In this document: positions 56,635-64,000 of the stretch, piece after piece | Position numbering within the stretch: position 1 is the stretch's first letter | How the letters are laid out: every line of letters starts with the position of its first letter | Sequence record: OL615011 | Origin: Shigella phage vB_SboS_Gloob | Strand: one strand, 5' to 3' | DNA: 64,000 bases | Made by a program: the position numbers and the translations under genes | The notes under the pieces: generated by a model | What the model saw: only the letters and a program-made list of their open reading frames with translations | What the model was told of the DNA's origin: nothing | The model's database searches: none

Positions 56635-57551
56635 TGGCTAAAATAATTGTAGTGAAAGGAACCAGTGCTACGGGCAAGGGTACGAGAGTGGTTCAGTTCA
56701 TCGAATGGCTCCGTACGAAGCTGGAGCCTACCGAACTAACCTACACTATCGGCGACAAGACGCGTCCGTTTGGGCTGAAGTTTGAAGAGATGAAGTTAAT
56801 CTTCGTCGGCCAGTACACTGTGTCCAACAAATCTGGCCTGGCCTCCTGGACTTCCATGGATGCTATCCACGCGGCCACAGGCTCCGGCGATATCGCTCGT
56901 GACCTGGTCAAAGGCTGGCTGGCCCAGGGTTACACCCTGGTGTGTGAGGGCGAACCTCTGATGCTGTCGGATAAATGGCGTCCTGAATGGATGTTCAAGA
57001 ACTATCCGATTGAATCACTGTCACTGCTGTACTTTGCATACCCTGACCGCTATCAGTACGATGCCCGCATCCGTGGTCGCTCTGGTAAAGAAGCAGGGGA
57101 CTCCGGCTGGTCGCGCAACGAATCTTACTCCAAGGAGTTTGAGAAGTCGAAGGCCGAAATGCTGGCGCTGGGCTTTACTGTGGCTGTTGATGATTTCAGC
57201 GGACAGGATATCCTGTATAAAGCACCAGAGGCCAACACCCAGGAGTTCACGACCAAACAGCAGTCCGAGTTGGCGGTGCTCCCATACGACGCCCCGCTGT
57301 GGGTTGTGGGTATTGCGATTTGTCATCAGATACGCTCTGAACTGCGCGATGTTGACATGCATACCAAAGACTTCTACGCCTACTGCGAAACCAATCCGAT
57401 GACCCGTGAGGTCGGTGGCCGGGATCCTTTGGCGCACAGAGTCCCTGAGAAGCCGCAGAAGGCATCCAAAACTAAAACCAAGGCGAGCGCCCAGCCAGAA
57501 GCACCGAAGGCAGCGTCGCGCTCTCTCCTTGACCTGATGAAGAAGGGGTGA
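56634..57551 (+). CDS. P-loop kinase, candidate 5-hydroxymethyluracil DNA kinase (305 aa)
   Basis: Walker A VVKGTSATGKGT; association with polymerase and PLP-enzyme genes. Confidence 0.45.
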   Translation: MAKIIVVKGTSATGKGTRVVQFIEWLRTKLEPTELTYTIGDKTRPFGLKFEEMKLIFVGQYTVSNKSGLASWTSMDAIHAATGSGDIARDLVKGWLAQGYTLVCEGEPLMLSDKWRPEWMFKNYPIESLSLLYFAYPDRYQYDARIRGRSGKEAGDSGWSRNESYSKEFEKSKAEMLALGFTVAVDDFSGQDILYKAPEANTQEFTTKQQSELAVLPYDAPLWVVGIAICHQIRSELRDVDMHTKDFYAYCETNPMTREVGGRDPLAHRVPEKPQKASKTKTKASAQPEAPKAASRSLLDLMKKG

Positions 57552-57553
57552 TC

Positions 57554-57751
57554 ATGAAACGGTTGTCTAATTATCTGTTATTCGTCGGTCTGGTTATGGC
57601 AGCCGTTTCAATGTGCGCTGCCCTAGCCTATCATTTCACCCCTCTGGACTTAACAACCTCAGAGAAGTTGAACGTGACTGTGATGTACTGTATTGGCGCG
57701 GTGATGTCTATCGGCGCTGCTGGTTACAAAATATTCAAGGAACCAAAATGA
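57554..57751 (+). CDS. small membrane protein (about 65 aa, two predicted TM segments)
   Basis: ORF track; ATG at 57554. Confidence 0.4.
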   Translation: MKRLSNYLLFVGLVMAAVSMCAALAYHFTPLDLTTSEKLNVTVMYCIGAVMSIGAAGYKIFKEPK

Positions 57752-58104
57752 AAATTCAAATCCCTCGCGATGCTGTGGCTGTCGCAATTGACTACACCGG
57801 AAACGCCAAGCACATTACTGCTGTGCGCCTGATTCCTGAAAAGAACTGCGTGATCCCTCAGTTCCAGCTGAATGCCAACCCGTCGTCTAAAGACTTCGGT
57901 CAGTGGCTGCAAGCGGCTCCGTTCCGTACCCAGACGAATGCCCAGATGTTCATCTCGGGTAAGACTCACACTGCAGCCCGTCTGTGGTTCGTGACCGCTG
58001 ACCGTCGCTTTATCGATATGTGGGAACGCCCGATGGGGTTCGTGAAACCAGAAGACATTCAGCTGGCTCCTGAAGAGGAAGCGAAAGATGACGCATCTAT
58101 CTAA
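57748..58104 (+). CDS. hypothetical protein (118 aa)
   Basis: AAGGAA SD; ATG 57748 inside longer track ORF. Confidence 0.45.
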   Translation: MKIQIPRDAVAVAIDYTGNAKHITAVRLIPEKNCVIPQFQLNANPSSKDFGQWLQAAPFRTQTNAQMFISGKTHTAARLWFVTADRRFIDMWERPMGFVKPEDIQLAPEEEAKDDASI

Positions 58105-59314
58105 AATGCCGACGGGATATACACCCCCGGCTGAATGGAAGTACCCGATTGACCTGGCTGTTGACTATCGCAAGCCGGAGAATCGCATGTACCTGCTCAA
58201 GGCTTGGGTGGAGGCGCTGTCCTACACCGAAGAGCACAACCAGCAGATGCGTCTGATGGATTATGCGATCGAAGTCACAGAAGGCATCACGCAGATTGAG
58301 AAGATCGAGCGCAAAATCTGGATGTCGTTCCTTTGGGGCTGCTGTTACAACGCCATCGGACCGTGGACAATCTACAGTGAGTTCCCTGTACCTCCTCAGT
58401 CCAAAGAAGAGATGCAGCGCTTCTCTGATTGGTACAACCTGAACTTTGAACGCATGCGCTTCGATACCGATTGCCGTTACCGCAAGTCCAAGATGATCCC
58501 GTGTGTTCAGTCCTACATTGATTGGCTGGCTGGGCGCTCCCAGATGGATGCTTTCCGCCCGATGTTAGAATTGGATATTCCTGTACACCAATTCACGAAT
58601 TTGTGGGATACGGCGATGTCCTGGAAATACTTCGGCCGCCTGAGCGCCTGGAACTTCCTGGAAGCCCTGAACATGGTGTTTGGCAACATGTGGGAGATTG
58701 ACGTCCCTGGCTTCATGCTGCGTGACCGTGATGGTAGTGAATCCAACCGCAACGGTGCGGCGTTCTTGTCCAACCGTGACGACTGGGTGACTAAGCACGG
58801 GAAGAAAAAGATCAACGGCTGTCCTATCACGGATGAAGAGTGTGACATCCTTGAGGCCGACCTTGAGCAGGCGTTCCAGGATTGTGTGGCCGAGTTCGGG
58901 CATCTGACGTTCATCAATCGCCTGAACTTTGAGACCTCCGGTGCATGCTGGCTGAAGAAGTTCTTCCGTGAAAAGAACACCCGTTACATTGGTTGGGATG
59001 CCGAGCGTACCTGGGATGAGATCGACTACATGGAACGCATCTGGCCGGAGTACTCCTGCGCAGCGCTCTGGGAAGCCCGTTCACTCTGGCTACCAGATAC
59101 CCTGTTGTGCGAAAAGGCTCCTCCAGGGCACGTTCCAGGCGTCCAGAAGTGGAAGATGCCTGTGTTCTTTGAGACTGGCGTTCCTCTACATATCTGGCAT
59201 CTGCAAAAGGGTACGCGCTGGGAGCCTGGCCAGGTGTATCGAGAATTGGGTAAACCGAAGATTGATAAACCGAAGTCCAACAGCGTCAACCTCATGGCAC
59301 TCTTGAAACGCTGA
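58088..59314 (+). CDS. hypothetical enzyme-sized protein (408 aa), candidate DNA base-modification transferase
   Basis: Size and neighbourhood only; no motif recognised. Confidence 0.3.
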   Translation: MTHLSKMPTGYTPPAEWKYPIDLAVDYRKPENRMYLLKAWVEALSYTEEHNQQMRLMDYAIEVTEGITQIEKIERKIWMSFLWGCCYNAIGPWTIYSEFPVPPQSKEEMQRFSDWYNLNFERMRFDTDCRYRKSKMIPCVQSYIDWLAGRSQMDAFRPMLELDIPVHQFTNLWDTAMSWKYFGRLSAWNFLEALNMVFGNMWEIDVPGFMLRDRDGSESNRNGAAFLSNRDDWVTKHGKKKINGCPITDEECDILEADLEQAFQDCVAEFGHLTFINRLNFETSGACWLKKFFREKNTRYIGWDAERTWDEIDYMERIWPEYSCAALWEARSLWLPDTLLCEKAPPGHVPGVQKWKMPVFFETGVPLHIWHLQKGTRWEPGQVYRELGKPKIDKPKSNSVNLMALLKR

Positions 59315-59350
59315 TATAAATATCCTCGCCTATAAAGTGAGGATATTATC

Positions 59351-59518
59351 ATGTTACAAGATCTGTTGGTCTACGCACTTCCGGGTGTGGTTGTTGGATT
59401 CATCGCAGGTGCTCTGGTCTTCCGTAAACACGCGCAAGACGGTGAAGTGATTGTTCAAAAGGGTAAAGACATCCTGGAACAAATCGAAGCCAAACTGGAA
59501 GAGCTGAAGAAAAAGTAA
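59351..59518 (+). CDS. small membrane protein (55 aa)
   Basis: GTGAGGA SD; TM segment LVYALPGVVVGFIAGALVF; too short for the ORF track. Confidence 0.4.
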   Translation: MLQDLLVYALPGVVVGFIAGALVFRKHAQDGEVIVQKGKDILEQIEAKLEELKKK

Positions 59519-59545
59519 TCTGACTGCGATTGCGTTCTTCAATAA

Positions 59546-59585
59546 AGGGGAATGGGTTATTATTAGCCCGTTCCCCTTTCTTTTT
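59546..59585 (+). terminator. terminator GGGGAATGGG-TTATTATTA-GCCCGTTCCCC plus T-run; -10-like TATTAT in loop
   Basis: Preceded by GTTCTTCAATAAA; same architecture at 62342. Confidence 0.6.
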
Positions 59586-59600
59586 GCAAGGAAATACATC

Positions 59601-59813
59601 ATGGCAATGCAACGAATTGAAGATATGTCCCTACTGGATATGGAAGCGACTTTTGGTGATTACTTTGAGTCCACTCCGAAACAAAAAGACCCTCTGGTTG
59701 GCCGTCTGGTGGTTTCTGAAGCGTTCGCACAGAAAGTTCGCGAAGGTCTTCCACCTGAATATGGGTGCTTCCGTAATGGCGCTTCCGTTATCGTCATGGG
59801 TGAATCTAAATGA
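59601..59813 (+). CDS. hypothetical protein (70 aa)
   Basis: ORF track. Confidence 0.45.
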   Translation: MAMQRIEDMSLLDMEATFGDYFESTPKQKDPLVGRLVVSEAFAQKVREGLPPEYGCFRNGASVIVMGESK

Positions 59814-60196
59814 CACAGTCCGAATACAAACAGTACCTGTACGATCTGTTCATGAAAGAAACGGATGGTACACTCCACCCTAAGAAAGCCACTATCGTCG
59901 TGCTGTATTCACAAGGTGCCCTGTCATTCTCCTATCTTTTCAAAGAATTGGATCTGATGGGCATTGAATATAAAAAGCACATTACGCCAGAACGCACTCT
60001 GAAGCGCGCAACCGCTCACTGCGTCCACTCGGTGGCGACTATCATGTTCCGCCATCATATTACATTCGATGAAGCGCTGGACCCACAGTATCACGAAGAA
60101 CGCTGGGGACTGCTGTTGCATAACGGTGCCAAGCCTGAGCACAAAGATCAACTCCTTGGGATGACCAAGGCGCAACTCGTGGATGGTGTGTTATGA
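59810..60196 (+). CDS. hypothetical protein (128 aa)
   Basis: ORF track. Confidence 0.45.
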   Translation: MTQSEYKQYLYDLFMKETDGTLHPKKATIVVLYSQGALSFSYLFKELDLMGIEYKKHITPERTLKRATAHCVHSVATIMFRHHITFDEALDPQYHEERWGLLLHNGAKPEHKDQLLGMTKAQLVDGVL

Positions 60197-61308
60197 TCTA
60201 TCTCCTGTTTGGTGTGCCATTGATATTGGCCATCCTGTTTGTGGTCTACCACCGCAAGACCCATGAGCCGAAAGAGACTCTGATTGCGACGGCGATTGTG
60301 GTGGTGCTGTCCTGTCTGATTCAGGTCGGGGCTTATGCTGCGTTCTCCCTCGGCAGTTCAGGGGACGTTGAGATCCTGAACGGTTACGTCACTGGCAAAG
60401 AGCGCAATAAGGTGAGCTGCGAGCACTCGTATCAGTGCAACTGCTATTACACCACATCATGCTCCGGCTCCGGTAGCAGCAAGTCCTGCACCCGTACCCG
60501 TCATTGTAGTACCTGCTATGAGCATTCGTATGACGTGGACTGGGATGTGTTGACGACTGTTGGTAATCTGACGATTGACCGCATTGACCGCCGTGGTCTT
60601 GGCCAGCCGCCGCGCTGGGCGCAGGTTCAGATTGGTGAGCCAGCCGCCCGTGAGCACTCCTACATGAACTATGTGCTGGGCAACAAGGACTCTCTGTTCT
60701 CCCGCTCAGACCAGCAGTTTGCTGAGCGCTTCAAAGACAAGATTCCCAAGTACCCTGAGGTCTATGACTACTATCGTGTCACTCGTGTCCTGAACGTGTC
60801 CGGCCTGACTTTGCCAACCACATACTGGAACGACTACCTGAATGATGTTCTGAAGAAGCTGGGCGCAGCCAAGCAGGTGAACATCGTCTGGGTTGTCACA
60901 TCCGGCCAGCCAGTTGAATATTTCCAGGGCTTGGTCTATGCATGGGATGGCGGTAAAAAGAACGACGTTATCGTCGTGACCGACATCAGCAAAGATCTGA
61001 AGATCAATTGGGGTAAGAGCACTTCGTTCGCTGATGGTATGCACAACCGTGAACTTCACTCCCGCAACGGTATGGACCTGACTGGGCATGATATGGGTAT
61101 CGGCGTCATGACAGACGTTGTTGCCAACATCACCAAAGGCTACAACCGCGTTGAGATGAAGGAAATGGAGTACCTGAAGTGGCGGGAACTCAAGACCTGG
61201 GAAGTTGTGGTTGTTGTTCTGCTGGGCTGCTTGCCGTTCACCGCAATTTTCATATTGCAGCGAATGGAGTACAATGGTGGCCGTCGTCGTTATCCGTTTA
61301 AATTTTAA
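60193..61308 (+). CDS. Cys-rich integral membrane protein (371 aa)
   Basis: N- and C-terminal TM segments; 12 Cys within about 40 residues (CEHSYQCNCYYTTSCSGSGSSKSCTRTRHCSTCYEH). Confidence 0.5.
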   Translation: MIYLLFGVPLILAILFVVYHRKTHEPKETLIATAIVVVLSCLIQVGAYAAFSLGSSGDVEILNGYVTGKERNKVSCEHSYQCNCYYTTSCSGSGSSKSCTRTRHCSTCYEHSYDVDWDVLTTVGNLTIDRIDRRGLGQPPRWAQVQIGEPAAREHSYMNYVLGNKDSLFSRSDQQFAERFKDKIPKYPEVYDYYRVTRVLNVSGLTLPTTYWNDYLNDVLKKLGAAKQVNIVWVVTSGQPVEYFQGLVYAWDGGKKNDVIVVTDISKDLKINWGKSTSFADGMHNRELHSRNGMDLTGHDMGIGVMTDVVANITKGYNRVEMKEMEYLKWRELKTWEVVVVVLLGCLPFTAIFILQRMEYNGGRRRYPFKF

Positions 61309-61326
61309 TCAAAAGAGGAAGTAAGA

Positions 61327-61896
61327 ATGTCTCAATCTAAGGGTATTTCAACAGGATGGATCGTTGGTTTGGTTGTTCTGGCACTGGTGGTGGTCGGCTT
61401 CGGCACCGTGATCAGCTACTTCAACGACTTCAACCGCACTGAGCAGCAGGTCAAGAAGTTCAACAAAGACTCTGAGAACTATCTGAGCAACTACACGCTC
61501 AAGGTTCAGGAGACGGCGCAGATTCCTGACATGTACAAAGACGGCCTGAAGGAAGTGATCAAAGGCACGTTCGAAGGTCGTTATGGTGCCGATGGTTCCA
61601 AGGCGGTGATGCAGTGGATCCAGGAACAGAACATCCAGTTTGATTCAAGCCTGTACAAAGAGATTCAGGTGGTGATCAGTTCTGGCCGTGACGAGTTCCG
61701 TATCAGCCAGACCAAGAAGCTGGATATTTGCGCAATGTACGAAACCAAGCTGGCTCAGTTCCCTGGTTCGTTGATTGCTGGCATGTTCGGCTACCCGCGC
61801 ATCGATCTTGACAAGACCTGTCAGGTGGTGAGCGATACCCGTACCCAGGCTGCGTTTGACGCTGGGGTTCAGAAACCGATCAACTTCAAAGGCTGA
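61327..61896 (+). CDS. LemA-family protein (189 aa)
   Basis: N-terminal TM; FPGSLIAGMFGYPRID matches the LemA C-terminal signature as I remember it. Confidence 0.55.
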   Translation: MSQSKGISTGWIVGLVVLALVVVGFGTVISYFNDFNRTEQQVKKFNKDSENYLSNYTLKVQETAQIPDMYKDGLKEVIKGTFEGRYGADGSKAVMQWIQEQNIQFDSSLYKEIQVVISSGRDEFRISQTKKLDICAMYETKLAQFPGSLIAGMFGYPRIDLDKTCQVVSDTRTQAAFDAGVQKPINFKG

Positions 61897-61900
61897 TATC

Positions 61901-62326
61901 ATGAGCGTGAAACTCACTGAATCACTGACGCTGGACCAGCAGCAGGCGCTGTTAGACGAAGTGGTGATCTCTGCTGTCAAACAGGGGATCATCCGTGACG
62001 ACACACTGATCAACCGCCCGGAGATGATTCATCATCTGGCGGTGTGCCTGGGTGAGGCCAGCAACCCTCGCAAGAAGATCCGTATGTTCAAGGGCGGCGT
62101 GATCTATCCAAACGGGCGTTTCGGTTTCATTGAACCAGTGCTGAAGACCGACGGCACCCCAAACAATAATGGTGGTCATATCAAGACCTCTGTTCCAGTA
62201 ACGCCGTATACTGAAGGGGTCGATCAGCTGTCTTGGTTCGAGACAATCAACACCATCTATATCATGGCACCTGACGGAGAGCCTGTTCAGGATTTGCGAG
62301 GCGTCAAAGTAGAATCTGAAGACTAA
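61901..62326 (+). CDS. hypothetical protein (142 aa)
   Basis: ATG 61901 inside longer track ORF. Confidence 0.4.
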   Translation: MSVKLTESLTLDQQQALLDEVVISAVKQGIIRDDTLINRPEMIHHLAVCLGEASNPRKKIRMFKGGVIYPNGRFGFIEPVLKTDGTPNNNGGHIKTSVPVTPYTEGVDQLSWFETINTIYIMAPDGEPVQDLRGVKVESED

Positions 62327-62341
62327 TCGTTCTTCAATAAA

Positions 62342-62375
62342 AGGGGATAGGGTATTATTGCTCTATCCCCTTTTT
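62342..62375 (+). terminator. terminator GGGGATAGGG-TATTATTG-CTCTATCCCC plus TTTTT
   Basis: Preceded by GTTCTTCAATAAAA. Confidence 0.6.
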
Positions 62376-62388
62376 CGTGGACAGGAAC

Positions 62389-62754
62389 ATGACAGACAAG
62401 CCAAGAAAGATCGCGATTATTGGAGCCGGACTGGGATCTCGGTTGATCAAAGTTCTACTGGAAGAGAAGCTGCCAGGAGTTGAGGTTGTGCACATCACTC
62501 CCGATGATATCCCGAAGCGTCGAAGTGAATCGGGTGAACGCATGATCATCTGTGACGATCTACAGCAGATGCCAGACACCAAGGAATTGATCGCCAAGCT
62601 GAAACGACTGGATGAAAGAGAATTACCAGCCGAGGCCAGCATGCGTGAATTTTACGCCGACCGCCGCTATCAAGAACCCACACGCCTGCGTGGAGCCGCT
62701 GCTCACAAACGTCAGGCCACTAAAATGAAGAACAAACGCCGGAGCAAACGCTGA
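62389..62754 (+). CDS. hypothetical basic protein (about 121 aa)
   Basis: ATG at 62389 (track start is GTG 62377). Confidence 0.4.
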   Translation: MTDKPRKIAIIGAGLGSRLIKVLLEEKLPGVEVVHITPDDIPKRRSESGERMIICDDLQQMPDTKELIAKLKRLDERELPAEASMREFYADRRYQEPTRLRGAAAHKRQATKMKNKRRSKR

Positions 62755-63191
62755 TGACTACCAAACCAACTTATGAAGAACTGGCGCAGACCGTTCTGAC
62801 CTTCGACAGCACCCTGAAGAATCTGTACAAGGTGCTGGGAAATAACCCGACTTCGGAGTCAGGCAACACAGTCAATCTTCTGTTACTGCTGAACCCTCTG
62901 TGGGATATTGATGCCACTGTTGCTGCCCTGAAGGAACCCACACCAGAGCCAGCCCCTGTATCCACGGGCATTCAGAATTATCTGGAGAACTTTGATGAGT
63001 ACTCCTTCACCGACCTGCTCCTGCGTGATATGATCAACGCAGAACGCCGTCGCCAGGAAAAGAACTGTCCTGTGGTCCAGTCTGATGAAGAAATCGAGCA
63101 GAGCGTTCGCGAAGGGCTGGAGGCTTCTATTGGCCTGGCTGTGATGATTGTTCAGGCGCTGTCCTATGCTGCCAAGGGGGAAACGAAATGA
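62754..63191 (+). CDS. hypothetical protein (145 aa)
   Basis: ORF track; TGATG stop-start overlap. Confidence 0.45.
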   Translation: MTTKPTYEELAQTVLTFDSTLKNLYKVLGNNPTSESGNTVNLLLLLNPLWDIDATVAALKEPTPEPAPVSTGIQNYLENFDEYSFTDLLLRDMINAERRRQEKNCPVVQSDEEIEQSVREGLEASIGLAVMIVQALSYAAKGETK

Positions 63192-63391
63192 AGCCGAAGA
63201 TGTCTTCAGTTGTTGTGGCTGCGGCTCTGGCGTTGTCGGAGAGCGTTCAGGTTGCCAAATACCGTGGTGATTTCTGGGATGAAAGTCGCTACGTCAACAG
63301 TGGTCCTGGCACCGCCGGACATGGTCGCCCGTCTGTAACCCGCAAGAAGAAGGCGAAGACCAATGGAAAGAACAAGCGCAAACGTAAGTGA
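63188..63391 (+). CDS. small basic protein (67 aa)
   Basis: ORF track. Confidence 0.4.
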   Translation: MKPKMSSVVVAAALALSESVQVAKYRGDFWDESRYVNSGPGTAGHGRPSVTRKKKAKTNGKNKRKRK

Positions 63392-63546
63392 GGAGCGCCT
63401 GAAGGATTTGTCCGTTGGCAATCCCAAGTTAGCCAGATCATGGGTGATGTTTGAAGAAGGTAAGATGATGGCCGACGAGATCATCTTCCTTCGAGCAGAG
63501 GTCGCTCGATTAAGTAAAACCGAACCCAAAAAGTAGAGGATATGTT

Positions 63547-63894
63547 ATGAGTTCTATTGAACAGCTGATCACCCCACAGTATGTGTACTCCAACATCGTT
63601 GAGCACCTGCGCTCACAGTTGAACGTGGGAACCCTGAGCAGCACTGACCTGAAAGATCTACAGATCACTGAAGTTGAAGTGGCCGCGTTCGGTAGCCGTT
63701 ATCACTTCAATGTGGACTACACGCGTGTAGAAGAGCAGCAGTCCTCTATCATCGCACTGGCCACTCCGGTCAACCCTCGCAAAGAGCCTGTGTCAGTCAC
63801 CCGCACGGTCGTGGGTTATCTTGAGGAAACTCTTGAGCCTGGGGCAACCCGACCGACATTCAACTTCCAGGCACGATTTGCCACCGAAGATTGA
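63547..63894 (+). CDS. hypothetical protein (115 aa)
   Basis: ORF track. Confidence 0.45.
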   Translation: MSSIEQLITPQYVYSNIVEHLRSQLNVGTLSSTDLKDLQITEVEVAAFGSRYHFNVDYTRVEEQQSSIIALATPVNPRKEPVSVTRTVVGYLEETLEPGATRPTFNFQARFATED

Positions 63895-63901
63895 TCTGAA
63901 C

Positions 63902-63925
63902 AAAGCCCTCAGCCGAGGGCTTTTT
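63902..63925 (+). terminator. terminator AAAGCCCTC-AGCC-GAGGGCTTTTT
   Basis: Perfect stem plus T-run after stop. Confidence 0.7.
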
Positions 63926-64000
63926 CAATTGAAGCCCACCACAGTATCATACCCACTCAAACAATATGTTTCCCTTTGACATTGATAGGATTTCTATACT

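Overview
This 64 kb window looks like part of a large T4-superfamily myovirus genome of the ViI-like (Ackermannviridae) type; that assignment rests on gene order, remembered T4 protein similarity and a promoter motif I recall as reported for ViI-like phages, none of it checked by search. Positions 1-41.3 kb are almost entirely minus-strand and carry UvsW and UvsY homologues, about a dozen small unknown genes, and a T4-ordered morphogenesis block: major capsid (gp23-like), scaffold, prohead protease, portal, tail tube, tail sheath, large terminase with a mini-intein in its P-loop, neck proteins, a 1612-aa structural protein, four tandem tailspike genes, a repeat-containing fibre and baseplate proteins. 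Positions 41.5-45.5 kb are ORF-poor and hold a tRNA cluster (Met-CAT, Asn-GTT, Tyr-GTA, Ser-GCT, a probable Ile-GAT and several aberrant tRNA-like elements), preceded by about 1.9 kb of hairpin-dense non-coding sequence with long perfect inverted repeats; I consider this the most likely place for something undescribed. Positions 45.5-64 kb are mostly plus-strand and carry a family-B DNA polymerase plus a probable thymidine-hypermodification set (PLP enzyme, HAD nucleotidase, P-loop kinase, 408-aa enzyme), a LemA-family protein beside a Cys-rich membrane protein, and many small unknowns. Twelve copies of CTAAATACCCC (or close variants) sit upstream of late genes, often inside a palindrome. All calls come from reading the sequence and ORF track by eye; manually derived coordinates (tRNAs, motifs, hairpins) may be off by 1-2 nt.
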